NCBI GenBank assembly: GCA_002269645.1
Contig: NIVC01001210.1
Coordinates: 186,001-250,000 of the forward strand
Reading direction: 5' to 3'
Source of the DNA: Macrostomum lignano
Taxonomy: Eukaryota
Length of the DNA stretch: 64,000 nucleotides
Shown: positions 62,490 through 64,000 of the stretch, piece after piece
Layout of the letters: each line of letters starts with the position of its first letter
Numbering within the stretch: position 1 is the first letter of the stretch
Position numbers and translations under genes: made by a program
The notes under the pieces: generated by a model
The model's input: only the letters and a program-made list of their open reading frames with translations
Told to the model about the DNA's origin: nothing
Database searches by the model: none

Positions 62490-62830
62490 GCCGCCTGCTC
62501 TGCGAAGGCTGCGTGAACGACGCCCTAGAAATGTGCGACGCCTGCCGACAGCCCGTCACGGAGCGAATCCTGCGCGCCCTCGGCAAGCCCTACCACCCCG
62601 CCTGCTTCCGCTGCACCCAATGCCGCCGCAAGCTGGACGGCCAAGGCTTCACCGTGGACGTGCACAACCGGGTGCTCTGTCTGGACGACTTCCACCGGAA
62701 GTACGCGCCAAAGTGCGCCGCCTGCAGGCAGCCCATCACGCCGGCCAGGGGCCAGACTGAGACCCGGCGCGTGCTGGTTGACAACCAGAGCTACCACGTT
62801 GGCTGTTACCATGGAAACAGCATGGCCTGA
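62490..62830 (+). CDS. Zyxin/LPP-like LIM protein, exon 3 (end of LIM1, LIM2, first half of LIM3)
   Basis: CDACRQPVTERILRALGKPYHPACFRC...FTVDVHNRVLCLDDFHRKYAPKC and the PITPARGQTETRRV insert typical of zyxin/LPP/TRIP6 LIM3. Stop TGA at 62828-62830. Confidence 0.9.
62805..62818. promoter_or_regulatory. Perfect RFX X-box-like palindrome GTTACCATGGAAAC
   Basis: Matches the GTYNCYATRGNAAC consensus. Lies in coding sequence exactly where LIM3 homology ends. Function not shown. Confidence 0.25.
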
Positions 62831-62959
62831 TTCCGGACAATTGGAATTTTCATGCATAGCCCCAATGCTAAGAATTCAGTGTGACAATTTTGTGTGAAAT
62901 ACTCATTTTCACCCTTGAAGGGTGTGACCTGTGGGGTGATCTGTGGGGTGATACTCAGT

Positions 62960-64000
62960 GAGGGACACAGTGACCTGTGCTAGGACACAATGCATACTCA
63001 ATGGGGGCTCAATGACCTGTGCTAGGACACAATGCACACTCAATGAAGGACACAATGACCTGTGTCCCTCACAATACACACTCAATGCACACACAATGCA
63101 CACTCAATGCACACACAATGCACACAATGCAGTGCACATTCAATGAGGGACATAATCCTATGCTAGGACACAATTCACACTCAATGAGGGACACAATGAC
63201 CTATGCTAGGACACAATTCACACTCAATGAGGGACACAATGACCTGTGCTAGGACACAATGCACACTCAATGAAGGACACAATGACCTGTGTCCCTCACA
63301 ATGCACACTCAATGCACACAATGCAGTGCACATTCAATGAGGGACATAATCCTATGCTAGGACACAATTCACACTCAATGAGGGACACAATGACCTATGC
63401 TAGGACACAATTCACACTCAATGAGGGACACAATGACCTGTGCTAGGACACAATGCACACTCAATGAGGGACACATTACCCTGTGCTAGGACACAATGCA
63501 CACTCAATGAGGGACACAATACCCTGTGCTAGGACACAATGCACACTCAATGAAGGACACAATGACCTGTGCTAGGACACAATGCACACTCAATGAGGGA
63601 CACATTACCCTGTGCTAGGACACAATGCACACTCAATGAAGGACACAATACCCTGTGCTAGGACACAATGCACACTCAATGAGGGACATAATCCTATGCT
63701 AGGACACAATTCACACTCAATTAGGGACACAATGACCTATGCTAGGACACAATTCACACTCAATGAGGGACACAATGACCTGTGCTAGGACACAATGCAC
63801 ACTCAATGAAGGACACAATGACCTGTGTCCCTCACAATGCACACTCAATGCACACAATGCAGTGCACATTCAATGAGGGACATAATCCTATGCTAGGACA
63901 CAATTCACACTCAATGAGGGACACAATGACCTATGCTAGGACACAATTCACACTCAATGAGGGACACAATGACCTGTGCTAGGACACAATGCACACTCAA
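62960..64000. repeat. Tandem array, ~43 bp unit (TGCTAGGACACAATGCACACTCAATGAGGGACACAATGACCTG), running off the window
   Basis: Repeated units with a longer recurring superstructure. Confidence 0.93.

Overview
Eukaryotic (animal) genomic DNA with GT-AG introns and GC-rich exons. About 30 unrelated tandem arrays cover roughly half of the window (estimated by eye at ~30 kb). This architecture plus TTAGGG repeats suggests a free-living flatworm such as Macrostomum (inference). Seven host genes can be reconstructed with phase-consistent splice junctions. (1) The terminal exon of a DEG/ENaC channel (+, 3721-4264). (2) A two-exon neuropeptide precursor (+, 13224-14150) whose amidation site only appears after splicing and whose intron sits where NPY/NPF genes have theirs. 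(3) An unrecognised protein with a K-D-A-K-x repeat tail (+, 19648-23951). (4) A 214-aa calmodulin-like protein (-, 26792-24452) with an intact DD34E Tc1 transposon in intron 2. (5) Rap1 (+, 33256-36917), preceded by a 3-kb CpG desert. (6) A 683-aa CNG channel alpha subunit (-, 54698-45754). (7) A zyxin/LPP-like LIM protein (+, 60298-62830) whose third LIM domain appears truncated. Other mobile elements include a tRNA-derived SINE, a satellite that seems to have grown out of that SINE's head, MITE-like hairpins, and a non-autonomous Helitron inserted at an A|T site inside a satellite and carrying another satellite and telomeric repeats. Most long ORFs in the six-frame track are artefacts of tandem repeats. 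There is no CRISPR array, rRNA or bona fide tRNA.
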